The notes below the pieces were generated by a model, which did no database searches, was not told the origin of the DNA, and saw nothing but the letters and a program-made list of their open reading frames with translations. Position numbers and translations under genes: made by a program. From assembly GCA_965612865.1 (NCBI GenBank), contig CBFDTJ010000012.1, positions 1-26,570 of the forward strand: a DNA stretch of 26,570 nt. Direction: 5' to 3'. The DNA is from an uncultured bacterium. GTDB taxonomy: Bacteria; Caldisericota; Caldisericia; B22-G15. This document shows positions 18,811-26,570 of this stretch, in pieces (positions within the stretch are counted from its first letter, which is position 1; the number at the start of each line of letters is the position of its first letter).

Positions 18811-18851
18811 ATTATATCACTAACCACCTAAGGTAAAAACTATGTTATAAT
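18811..18851. promoter_or_regulatory. Divergent extended -10 promoters (HIT gene and tRNA-Met/tilS operon)
   Basis: TGATATAAT on minus (18811-18819) and TGTTATAAT on plus (18843-18851). Confidence 0.6.
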
Positions 18852-18870
18852 TCTATATGAAAAGGAGGCT

Positions 18871-18947
18871 GGCGGCGTAGCTCAGTTGGTTAGAGCACAC
18901 GGCTCATACCCGTGGAGTCGAGGGTTCGAATCCCCCCGCCGCCACCA
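18871..18947 (+). tRNA. tRNA with CAT anticodon, most likely elongator tRNA-Met
   Basis: GGCGGCGTAGCTCAGTTGGTTAGAGCACACGGCTCATACCCGTGGAGTCGAGGGTTCGAATCCCCCCGCCGCCACCA. G1-C72 is paired, so it is not an initiator. The GGCGG acceptor and CATAC loop resemble Firmicutes elongator Met rather than Ile2. Confidence 0.93.
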
Positions 18948-18952
18948 TTTCC

Positions 18953-20347
18953 ATGAAGGTATTAAAAAGAATAAAGGAATATATCAAAAAACTCTCTCTC
19001 ATATCTTCCACCGAAGGGTTAGTTGTTGGAGTTTCGGGAGGTCCTGATTCAGTTTTCCTTATAAATATTCTCAAAGAGCTGGGTTTTAAAAAACTTTTAA
19101 TTGCTCATTTTAATCACAAGCTGCGAGGAGAAGATGCAGATATGGATGAAGTGTTTGTAAGGCACCTTGCCCAGAAATTAAATATTCCATTATATGTCGG
19201 GAGAGAAAATGTGAAAACTTTTTGCAAAGAAAAAAGATACTCTATAGAGGAAGGTGCAAGAATTAAAAGGTTTGAGTTTCTAAGAAAGGTAAAAGAAAAA
19301 GAAAAGATGGATAAGATAGTTCTTGGTCATAATTTAGATGATCAGGTGGAAACAGTAACCATGAATTTCATAAGAGGTTCTGGATTAACCGGTATTTCTG
19401 GTATCTCTCCTGAATCTAGCGATATTATACATCCCATACTTTCAATAAAAAGAGATGAGATAGTGGAATACCTTAAAGAAAAGGGAATCCCTTTCAGGAT
19501 TGACAGGACAAACCTTTCCACAGATTACCTCAGAAATAAAATTAGAAATTACCTCATTCCAATCATTGAAAAAGAATTTAATAAGAACTTTAAAGAAAAA
19601 GTTTTTTCTCTGGCAGAGATAGCAAGATATGATGACAGATATCTTGATGAAATTACAGAAGATGCAATAAAAAGGATGGTAAGGTTTAATAAAGATTTCG
19701 TCTGCATAAAAATCCCACCATTTGAGAGTGCTCACCTGAGTATAAAAAGAAGAATTATAAGAAAAGTAATTGAATACTTTGATATAGATTTAAGGGAAAT
19801 TTCTCTTAAGAACATTGATGAGGCTATATCTATTTTTAGAAAAAGAACTGGCAAAAGAATAGAACTTCCTGGCGGAATAGATGCTATTAAAGAATATGGT
19901 GAGGTTGTGTTTGAAAAAAGAGGAGAGAGAATCTCATTTCCACAAGTAAAACTTTTAGTGCCGGGAAAGACAAAAATTTCCGGTCTTTTGATAGAAATAA
20001 ACTTAAAGGAAGAATGGGAGAGAATAAAGGATAAATTTTCTGAATGTTTTGACTTTGATTCCTTAACACTACCCTTAAACTTAAGGTTACCCAGGAAAGG
20101 GGAAAGATTTACTCCTCTGGGTATGAAAAAGGAGAAAAAATTGAAGGAATTCTTCATAGATGAAAAGATACCAACAAGTATTAGATGGAACATTCCAATT
20201 GTTGTTGATGGGAAAAATGAAATTGTCTGGGTTGTGGGATTAAGAATTTCTGATAAATTTAAAATTACTGATTTAACAAAGAGGATTTTATGTATTAAAA
20301 TTAAACTGGAGGATGATAGATGGAACAGGATATTCAAAAGATTTTAA
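18953..20347 (+). CDS. tilS: tRNA(Ile)-lysidine synthetase, long form
   Basis: PP-loop SGGPDS, HFNHKLRG, GHNLDDQVET, D.TN....YLRNKIR, and C-terminal G.RF.PLGM...KKLKEFFIDEKIP. Confidence 0.96.
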   Translation: MKVLKRIKEYIKKLSLISSTEGLVVGVSGGPDSVFLINILKELGFKKLLIAHFNHKLRGEDADMDEVFVRHLAQKLNIPLYVGRENVKTFCKEKRYSIEEGARIKRFEFLRKVKEKEKMDKIVLGHNLDDQVETVTMNFIRGSGLTGISGISPESSDIIHPILSIKRDEIVEYLKEKGIPFRIDRTNLSTDYLRNKIRNYLIPIIEKEFNKNFKEKVFSLAEIARYDDRYLDEITEDAIKRMVRFNKDFVCIKIPPFESAHLSIKRRIIRKVIEYFDIDLREISLKNIDEAISIFRKRTGKRIELPGGIDAIKEYGEVVFEKRGERISFPQVKLLVPGKTKISGLLIEINLKEEWERIKDKFSECFDFDSLTLPLNLRLPRKGERFTPLGMKKEKKLKEFFIDEKIPTSIRWNIPIVVDGKNEIVWVVGLRISDKFKITDLTKRILCIKIKLEDDRWNRIFKRF

Positions 20348-20883
20348 TACCAGAGGAAGAGATAAAAAAGAGAGTGAAGGAACTTGGAAAAAGGATAAGT
20401 GAGGATTACAAAGATAAGTTCCCCCATCTTATATGTATTCTTAAGGGAGCCACTATCTTCCTCTCTGATCTAATCAGAGAGGTTAATATTCACATGTCCC
20501 TTGACTTTATGGGTGTCTCAAGCTATGGATCCTCCACAGAATCCTCAGGAATCTTAAAGATTACAAAGGACATAGATCAGCCTATAGAGGGCAGGAATGT
20601 ACTTATAGTGGAGGACATTGTGGACACAGGTTTAACTCTTTCCTATCTTAGAAAACTTCTTACATCAAGAAAACCAAAATCCCTAAAAACATGTGCACTT
20701 TTAAATAAAAAAGTGAGAAGAAAAGTGGATGTTCCAGTTGAATATTATGGCTTTGAAATACCCGACGAATTTGTAGTCGGGTACGGTCTTGATTTTAATG
20801 AAAAGTACAGAAATCTTCCCTACATATCTGTGCTTAAACCTGAAGTATACATGTATGAGGTGATGAAATATGAAAAGGAATAA
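20320..20883 (+). CDS. hpt: Hypoxanthine phosphoribosyltransferase
   Basis: ILKGA, SSYG, LIVEDIVDTGLTL and FVVGYGLD...YRNLPYI. Syntenic in tilS-hpt-ftsH. Confidence 0.97.
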   Translation: MEQDIQKILIPEEEIKKRVKELGKRISEDYKDKFPHLICILKGATIFLSDLIREVNIHMSLDFMGVSSYGSSTESSGILKITKDIDQPIEGRNVLIVEDIVDTGLTLSYLRKLLTSRKPKSLKTCALLNKKVRRKVDVPVEYYGFEIPDEFVVGYGLDFNEKYRNLPYISVLKPEVYMYEVMKYEKE

Positions 20884-22723
20884 TCTTTTTAATACAATGA
20901 GGGCTTTGATCCCCTTTATTTTAATGTTTATGCTAATATACTTTGTCTATACTTTTTACAATCAATCTCAACCTTCTGCTTCTGTCGAAAAGATATCATA
21001 CACTGAGTTTGTAAAGAGAATAGAAAAAAACGAAATTGAGGAAGTCGTTATAACTGATCAAAACGTTACAGGAACATTAAAAGACGGAGGGAAATTTCAG
21101 ACAACGATACCTCCCTTTGATGATCCAAACTTACCTAAAATTCTTATAGACCATAATGTAGATGTAACCGTTAAACCATCTTCCAACAGTGGAATGTGGT
21201 GGTACATACTCTCAAACGTTGGTTCAGTTGTAATAATAATTTTCTTCTGGATGATAATGATGAGATCGCTTTCTGGAGGTGGAAATTCTCAGGTATTTAA
21301 TTTTGGAAAGAGTAGAGCAAGGCTCTTTCTTGAGAATAAACCAAAAATAACATTCAATGACGTTGCTGGACTCGAAGAGGTAAAAGAGGAACTTCAGGAA
21401 GAGATAGATTTCTTAAGGAATCCAAGAAAATTTTCTGCCCTTGGAGCAAAAATTCCAAAGGGAGTTCTTCTTGTGGGTCCACCTGGCTGCGGAAAGACTT
21501 TACTTGCAAGAGCAGTTGCTGGAGAAGCAGGTGTTCCATTCTTTAGTGTTTCTGGTTCTGAATTTGTAGAAATGTTTGTTGGTGTTGGTGCTGCAAGAGT
21601 TAGAGATCTGTTTGAACAGGCAAAAAAGTATGCCCCCTGTATTATATTCATAGATGAAATTGATGCAGTTGGGAGGCAACGTGGAGCAGGTTTAGGTGGA
21701 GGACACGATGAAAGAGAGCAGACGTTAAATCAGCTTCTTGTTGAAATGGATGGATTTGATCCCAATAGTGGAATTATAGTAATTGCTGCAACAAACAGAC
21801 CGGATATTCTTGATCCAGCACTGCTAAGACCTGGGAGATTTGATAGAAGAATTGTTGTTGGATTCCCGGATGTAAAAGAGAGGGAAGCCATACTAAAAAT
21901 ACACACAAAGAATAAACCGCTTGGTGATGACATAAATCTCTCTGTACTTGCAAAAAGAACAGCAGGATTCACTGGTGCAGATCTTGAAAATCTTGTAAAT
22001 GAGGCAGCTCTTCTTGCTGCAAGAAGAGGTAAAGATAGAATCACCATGGAAGAGTTGGAGGAATCAATAGATAGAGTAATAGCAGGACCTCAGAAGAAAT
22101 CAAGAGTGGTTTCAGAAAAAGAAAAGAGGATGATTGCCTTTCACGAAACAGGGCATGCTGTTGTAGCAGATTATCTTCCACACACTGACCCTGTCCACAG
22201 AATCTCCATAATCTCAAGAGGAATGGCGCTTGGATATACACTTCAATTACCAGAGGAGGAAAAGTTCTTGAAAACAAAGGAGGAACTTCTTGAAGAGGTT
22301 AGTGTTCTTCTTGGAGGAAGAGCTTCTGAAGAACTCTTCATAGGTGAAAAGACTACAGGAGCAGAAAACGATTTAAGAAGAGCAACAGAAATTGTAAGAA
22401 AGATGATAACAGAATTTGGAATGAGTGAGAAACTTGGACCACTGACTTTTGGAAAGAAAGGAGAATTTGTATTTCTTGGAAGGGATATTGCCGCAGAGAA
22501 GAACTATTCTGACCAGATAGCATATGAGATTGATAGAGAAATAAGAAGCATTATTGAGAAATGTTATGAAAGGGCAAAAAAGATACTCAAAGAGAACAGC
22601 AAAGCAGTTCATAAAGTTGTTGATGTTCTATTAGAGAAAGAGACAATGGAGGGAGAGGAGTTAAAGAAAATACTGGAGGAATTCAGGAGCAAAGAGAAAG
22701 AAGAAGTTGATAAAACTAATTAG
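20870..22723 (+). CDS. ftsH: ATP-dependent zinc metalloprotease FtsH
   Basis: Two TM segments, [37 protein letters not shown], and HETGH. Confidence 0.98.
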   Translation: MKRNNLFNTMRALIPFILMFMLIYFVYTFYNQSQPSASVEKISYTEFVKRIEKNEIEEVVITDQNVTGTLKDGGKFQTTIPPFDDPNLPKILIDHNVDVTVKPSSNSGMWWYILSNVGSVVIIIFFWMIMMRSLSGGGNSQVFNFGKSRARLFLENKPKITFNDVAGLEEVKEELQEEIDFLRNPRKFSALGAKIPKGVLLVGPPGCGKTLLARAVAGEAGVPFFSVSGSEFVEMFVGVGAARVRDLFEQAKKYAPCIIFIDEIDAVGRQRGAGLGGGHDEREQTLNQLLVEMDGFDPNSGIIVIAATNRPDILDPALLRPGRFDRRIVVGFPDVKEREAILKIHTKNKPLGDDINLSVLAKRTAGFTGADLENLVNEAALLAARRGKDRITMEELEESIDRVIAGPQKKSRVVSEKEKRMIAFHETGHAVVADYLPHTDPVHRISIISRGMALGYTLQLPEEEKFLKTKEELLEEVSVLLGGRASEELFIGEKTTGAENDLRRATEIVRKMITEFGMSEKLGPLTFGKKGEFVFLGRDIAAEKNYSDQIAYEIDREIRSIIEKCYERAKKILKENSKAVHKVVDVLLEKETMEGEELKKILEEFRSKEKEEVDKTN

Positions 22724-23441
22724 CTTTGACCTCTGGAACACAATAATTGAAGACAGAAAGGATCTTGAGGATAAGAGGGGAGAGATACGGATAAAAAAGA
22801 TTTACGAGTATCTCTCCCCTCTTAATATTGAGCTGGAAGATGTCAGAAAAGCATATCTAAAGATGAGTAATTGGTTATTTGAAACTCAGGATAAAACAAA
22901 AAAGAGTATAGGAACAGAGAAGCAGATAAAATACATTTTAAAAAAATTTGGGGTGAGAGTAAATCAAATTGTATTTGATGAGATAAAGGAAACCTATGAC
23001 GGAGCAATTTTTATTTACCCTCCACCCCTGGTTGAAGGGGCAAAAGAAACGCTTAAAAAATTCCACAGTCTTGGAATAGATATGTGCATAATTTCAGATG
23101 CAGGAAGAACACCGGGCTGGGCTTTAAGAAAGATTCTTGAAAAGTATACTCTCAATAGCTATTTTAAAATGATGTACTTTTCTGACGAAACAGGATGGGT
23201 AAAACCAAATAAAAAGGTTTTTTTAAAGGCACTGAAGGATTTTAAAGTGAGAAAGGAAGAGATGCTACACATTGGAGATAAAATAGAAAAAGACATTGAG
23301 GGAGCAAAAAATTCTGGAATAAATTACATATACTTCTCAAGAGGCAAGGATTGTGAAGTAAACCCCTGTGGTAAAAGTCTTCCTGAAATATACGATGTGT
23401 TCTTAAAACTCTTCCCTGTTACAAGGAGTTTATTTAGTTAG
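22707..23441 (+). CDS. HAD-superfamily hydrolase (subfamily IA-like)
   Basis: [20 protein letters not shown] and HIGD....DIEGA. Confidence 0.88.
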   Translation: MIKLISFDLWNTIIEDRKDLEDKRGEIRIKKIYEYLSPLNIELEDVRKAYLKMSNWLFETQDKTKKSIGTEKQIKYILKKFGVRVNQIVFDEIKETYDGAIFIYPPPLVEGAKETLKKFHSLGIDMCIISDAGRTPGWALRKILEKYTLNSYFKMMYFSDETGWVKPNKKVFLKALKDFKVRKEEMLHIGDKIEKDIEGAKNSGINYIYFSRGKDCEVNPCGKSLPEIYDVFLKLFPVTRSLFS

Positions 23442-24286
23442 TCAAGAGTTTTCTGGTCTATAAGACCTTTTCTTCTGGCAATAAATAGAGAAGTAGAGAA
23501 AAATAAAGTTACAACAATAAAGTAGACTACATTTTGAATAAGAAGTAGCTTTGTAAGTGAAAGAATTGGCATATCTTTTGTGAAACTATTCCATCCAGTT
23601 CCGAGTAAAATCTTTCTCATTCCGTCCATCCATATGGTCTGTGGAATAAAATAGCCAATATTTCTTAAAAATGGAGGGAAAACATCTAACGGAAAGATTG
23701 CTCCTGTAAGAAGAAGGAATATACCGGTTGCACTCTGGGTTAAAAACCAACCATTCTTTGCAATGAGAAAGTTAAGACCTGCAAAGAGGTAACCGAGTAT
23801 AAATAGCGAAAAAACACCGAGAATAAAGAATAGAGGAAGAATGATAAACCATCCTGCAATTGGATTTAAACTTAACTTAAAGAAAGTGAAACTTACAAAG
23901 ATTAGTATTCCTACAGAAACAGAGGTGGTTATAAACTTTGCAAAACCTCTGCCTGTAAGATAAATAAAGAGGTTCACAGGGGATATATAAATATACTTCA
24001 ATGTCTCATAGAACTCTCTATCATCAACCACTGCCCATGCCATACCGAAAAGAACATTGGCAGTATAAAGATGAAGGGCATTTCCTATAAGAAGGTGTGG
24101 AAAGGTTAACCCAATTTTTCCTCTTGTTATAATAAGATACATAATTATAAGAATAAAGGAAGAGGACAGGGGTTTTGCAAGGGAGTATATTGTAAATAAA
24201 AATGGATCTGTCCAGTTACTCTCAATTTTCCATCCAAGAAAAAATGAGGTTTTAAAGTTCAAAAAGAGCCTTTTTATTACTCCCAT
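23438..24286 (-). CDS. ABC-2 type exporter permease
   Basis: Six hydrophobic segments and GAIFP...FP motif, in an operon with the ATPase. Confidence 0.85.
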   Translation of the reverse strand: MGVIKRLFLNFKTSFFLGWKIESNWTDPFLFTIYSLAKPLSSSFILIIMYLIITRGKIGLTFPHLLIGNALHLYTANVLFGMAWAVVDDREFYETLKYIYISPVNLFIYLTGRGFAKFITTSVSVGILIFVSFTFFKLSLNPIAGWFIILPLFFILGVFSLFILGYLFAGLNFLIAKNGWFLTQSATGIFLLLTGAIFPLDVFPPFLRNIGYFIPQTIWMDGMRKILLGTGWNSFTKDMPILSLTKLLLIQNVVYFIVVTLFFSTSLFIARRKGLIDQKTLD

Positions 24287-25092
24287 CTTATTGTAAGTTT
24301 ACCCTCCTTTCTTGCAAGTCTCTCCATCTTCTTTAAGTAAAAATGTGCAAGGAAAAGGTAGACAATTGTAAGAACCACAAGAATAAGAATCTCCATATTT
24401 ACCGAAAGAAAACCAAAAATTTCTCCCTTTTTAAAGAGAAGCTGCCTTAAACCATCAAGACCAAGGGTCAATGGAATAAGAGATGAAAAGAAACCAACCG
24501 GTCCGAGAAATTTTATGGGAAAATACATACCTGTAGCAAGGTAAACAGGCTCCTGAAGAAATTCAGAGAGATGCCATGCTTCTCTCCCCCATATAAGATA
24601 AAGAGAGGAAAGAAGCATACCAAGACCGTACAGAGACGAAAGGGTTAAAAAGAAAATAAGGAAAAGCTGAACAGGATTTCCAGTCTTAAAAGGAATTTCG
24701 AAAACTATTGACCCGATAAAGATTGTGGCTGATGCCCTTAAGGCTGTGGATAGCATTCCTCCGAGACTCATCCCAAAGAGAATGGACATAAGGGATATTG
24801 GTGCAATAATATAAAGAGATAGGTTTCCTCCCATTCTCTCCCAGTAAAGCTGAGAAGCCATACTCCATAAGACATTAACCCAGAATGCACTCATGGCTCC
24901 CCCTAATATGGCAAAACCAAGAAAATCAATACCAGCACCAAGAAATTTGTATAATAAACCATAAGAAAGGACTGATAAGAGCGGTAAAACTACATCTGCT
25001 ACAAGCCAGGAATATTCTCTATTTGCGGCTATGACCCTTGGATACGCTCTTCCCCATATAGCTCTCAGGTTTCTAACTATGTACTTCTTCAT
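24277..25092 (-). CDS. ABC-2 type exporter permease
   Basis: WER.GG.L.....AP, GMYFP and IPLT.GLDGLRQ. The start is probably ATG 25092 (ORF track gives TTG 25104). Confidence 0.85.
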   Translation of the reverse strand: MKKYIVRNLRAIWGRAYPRVIAANREYSWLVADVVLPLLSVLSYGLLYKFLGAGIDFLGFAILGGAMSAFWVNVLWSMASQLYWERMGGNLSLYIIAPISLMSILFGMSLGGMLSTALRASATIFIGSIVFEIPFKTGNPVQLFLIFFLTLSSLYGLGMLLSSLYLIWGREAWHLSEFLQEPVYLATGMYFPIKFLGPVGFFSSLIPLTLGLDGLRQLLFKKGEIFGFLSVNMEILILVVLTIVYLFLAHFYLKKMERLARKEGKLTIRWE

Positions 25093-26056
25093 CTTTCTCT
25101 CCAACTATTTCAAAGAATACATCTTCAAGAGTTGGCTCTCTTTTCCTGAAGGATGAAACAAGTATGTTTCTATTCTTAAGAATGAGAAACAGATCTGATA
25201 TTTTTTCTTCATTATCTATCTGAAATTTTAATTCAAACTTGCCATCTGGCAAAGGATTTATTGAAACATTGTATATAAAAGGTATATCTTCCTTTAACCT
25301 ATCATAGGAATCTGTTCTTACTTCTACAGAATAAAATATTTTGTTCTTCATTCTCTTCTTTAAACCTTTTGGTGTGTCAAGTGCTACTATCATTCCATTA
25401 TTTATTATGGCTATCCTATCGCAAAGTTCTTCTGCTTCGTGAAGGTAGTGTGTTGTGAGGAGTATTGTCCTTCCTGGTCTTTCCCTCATCCATGATTTTA
25501 TAAAACTTCTCACAGTCCTTGCAATCTGCACATCAAGCCCAAGGGTTGGTTCATCAAGAAAGAGCACCTCAGGATCAGATATTATCCCTCTTATAATATT
25601 CATCTTCTGTCTCATTCCTGTAGAAAGTTTACTAACCTTTGTATTTCCATCTTCCTTCAAACCAAAAATTTCAAGATACTCCTCTATTCTTCTTTTAGCC
25701 ACCCTTGATGGAATACCATAAAACTGAGAAAACATCCACAGGTTTTCCCTTACAGTGAGAATTCCATAACCAGACCACTCTCCACCACTGACCATATTTA
25801 TTCTCTCCCTTATTTTTAAAGTATTCTTCTCCACATCATTTCCTAAAACAAATGCTTTGCCTTTTGATGGAAGAAGTATGGTTGTAAGAATCTTTATAAG
25901 GGTTGTTTTCCCTGCACCATTTGGTCCAAGAAGCCCAAAGAGCTCTCCTTTTTCTACCTCTATATTAACTCCTTTAAGAGCTTCTATAATCCTTTTACCC
26001 TTTTTATAGAACCTGTAAAGGTCCACAGTTTTAATTGCGAAATCTTTCATATTCAC
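25073..26056 (-). CDS. ABC exporter ATP-binding protein (DrrA/CcmA-like)
   Basis: GPNGAGKTT, LSTGMRQK, FLDEPTLGLD, TTHYL.EAE.LCDR and PTLEDVF. The start is GTG 26056 or ATG 26050. Confidence 0.93.
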   Translation of the reverse strand: MNMKDFAIKTVDLYRFYKKGKRIIEALKGVNIEVEKGELFGLLGPNGAGKTTLIKILTTILLPSKGKAFVLGNDVEKNTLKIRERINMVSGGEWSGYGILTVRENLWMFSQFYGIPSRVAKRRIEEYLEIFGLKEDGNTKVSKLSTGMRQKMNIIRGIISDPEVLFLDEPTLGLDVQIARTVRSFIKSWMRERPGRTILLTTHYLHEAEELCDRIAIINNGMIVALDTPKGLKKRMKNKIFYSVEVRTDSYDRLKEDIPFIYNVSINPLPDGKFELKFQIDNEEKISDLFLILKNRNILVSSFRKREPTLEDVFFEIVGEKDEEVHS

Positions 26057-26063
26057 AGGAAAT

Positions 26064-26115
26064 ATTATATCAGATAGTTATATAAATTAAAGAGATTGTT
26101 ATTTAATGCTATAAT
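26064..26115. promoter_or_regulatory. Divergent extended -10 promoters (ABC exporter and MNT)
   Basis: TGATATAAT on minus (26064-26072) and TGCTATAAT on plus (26107-26115). Confidence 0.6.
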
Positions 26116-26121
26116 TTTTCT

Positions 26122-26550
26122 ATGAGGGAATTTCTTTCAATGAGAAAGGAAGAGAAAGAGAAATTGATAAGAAAAATAAAAGATACCTTATCAAGCTATA
26201 ATAAAATTTCTTTTGCCTATATCTTTGGTTCTTTTACTGATAGTTTTTCTTTTAGAGATATAGATATAGGTATCTATTTGGACAATATAAAAAGAGAAGA
26301 TGTATTTGATTTTGAATTTAGGGTTTCGGAAAAACTTAGTGAGATACTTGGCATTGATATTGAATATATTGATGTGAGAGTTTTGAATTTTGCTCCATAC
26401 TCCTTTCTCAACAGCATTTTTAAAAATGGAAAACTATTATTTGCAAGGAATATGGGTTTTCTCACAGATTTAATAGAAGAAACTTCACTTGATGCAATTG
26501 CAAACGAATACATATCAAAAGAATCTTTAAAGGAGCTTCTTGAAAAATGA
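26122..26550 (+). CDS. Minimal nucleotidyltransferase (MNT/MntA-like antitoxin)
   Basis: FAYIFGSF......RDIDIGIY, IDVRVLN.AP and I...G.LL, typical of the MNT fold. 142 aa. Confidence 0.9.
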   Translation: MREFLSMRKEEKEKLIRKIKDTLSSYNKISFAYIFGSFTDSFSFRDIDIGIYLDNIKREDVFDFEFRVSEKLSEILGIDIEYIDVRVLNFAPYSFLNSIFKNGKLLFARNMGFLTDLIEETSLDAIANEYISKESLKELLEK

Positions 26551-26570
26551 AATTGAACAAAGAAAAGATT
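26547..26570 (+). CDS. Start of a coupled gene, probably HEPN/DUF86 (HepT-like) toxin; partial
   Basis: ATGA overlap with the MNT stop; reads MKLNKEKI off the window edge. Identity is inferred only from context. Confidence 0.5.

Noticed and set aside
18826..18834. Short palindrome ACCT-A-AGGT between divergent promoters
   Set aside because: Arms of 4 bp are expected by chance.
18871..18947. Calling the CAT tRNA Ile2 or fMet because it adjoins tilS; A-C mismatch in its T-stem
   Set aside because: The 1-72 pair and absence of three G-C anticodon-stem pairs exclude fMet, and the acceptor stem and loop fit elongator Met better. A single T-stem mismatch is not enough to call a pseudo-tRNA.
19732..20337. 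201-aa antisense ORF inside tilS, and similar shadows (10210-10719, 8555-8935, 16568-16951, 13496-13861)
   Set aside because: They are Ser/Phe/Ile-rich products typical of the reverse frame of Lys/Glu-rich genes, overlap well-supported CDSs, and have no family motifs.
23438..26056. ABC-2 exporter as part of a bacteriocin or antibiotic cluster
   Set aside because: There is no precursor peptide, modification enzyme or regulator nearby, so it looks like an ordinary stand-alone exporter.
1..26570. CRISPR array, rRNA, riboswitch/T-box, integrase or tandem repeats
   Set aside because: Intergenic gaps are all under about 75 bp, and no repeat-spacer pattern or such genes were seen by eye.

Overview
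AT-rich bacterial genomic DNA, densely coding and mostly housekeeping. Codon and promoter style suggest an anaerobic Firmicutes- or Caldiserica-like organism, but that is only an impression. Bases 4-69 are an untrimmed Illumina Nextera adapter, not biology. It truncates a NucS/EndoMS-like PD-(D/E)XK nuclease gene (70-960, minus) that the ORF track misses. Next come a headless flavodoxin fragment fused to the CCA end of tRNA-Ala(TGC), then proB, an M18 aminopeptidase and ychF. A long minus-strand block follows, listed in transcription order: HIT hydrolase, SNase-LTD lipoprotein nuclease, tRNA-Gly(CCC), bactofilin, PRTase, clpP, lon, Na/Pi symporter, an unusual BMP lipoprotein fusion, a Nup-type nucleoside ABC transporter, psuG, pncC/CinA-C and a Fur-family regulator. 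The rest is tRNA-Met(CAT)-tilS-hpt-ftsH-HAD, an ABC-2 exporter, and an MNT gene with the probable start of a HEPN partner. The most notable signals are: (1) nine TGnTAnAAT extended -10 motifs, five of them 6-8 nt before start codons lacking a Shine-Dalgarno (SD) sequence (probable leaderless mRNAs); (2) a nucleoside/pseudouridine scavenging operon whose binding protein has an extra beta-sandwich domain, its own promoter, an orphan 5' SD and a 3' hairpin; (3) tilS starting 5 nt after a CAT tRNA; (4) a tRNA-junction accessory region at the left end. No CRISPR array, integrase or transposase is visible, and no clearly novel multi-gene system can be proven from the sequence alone.
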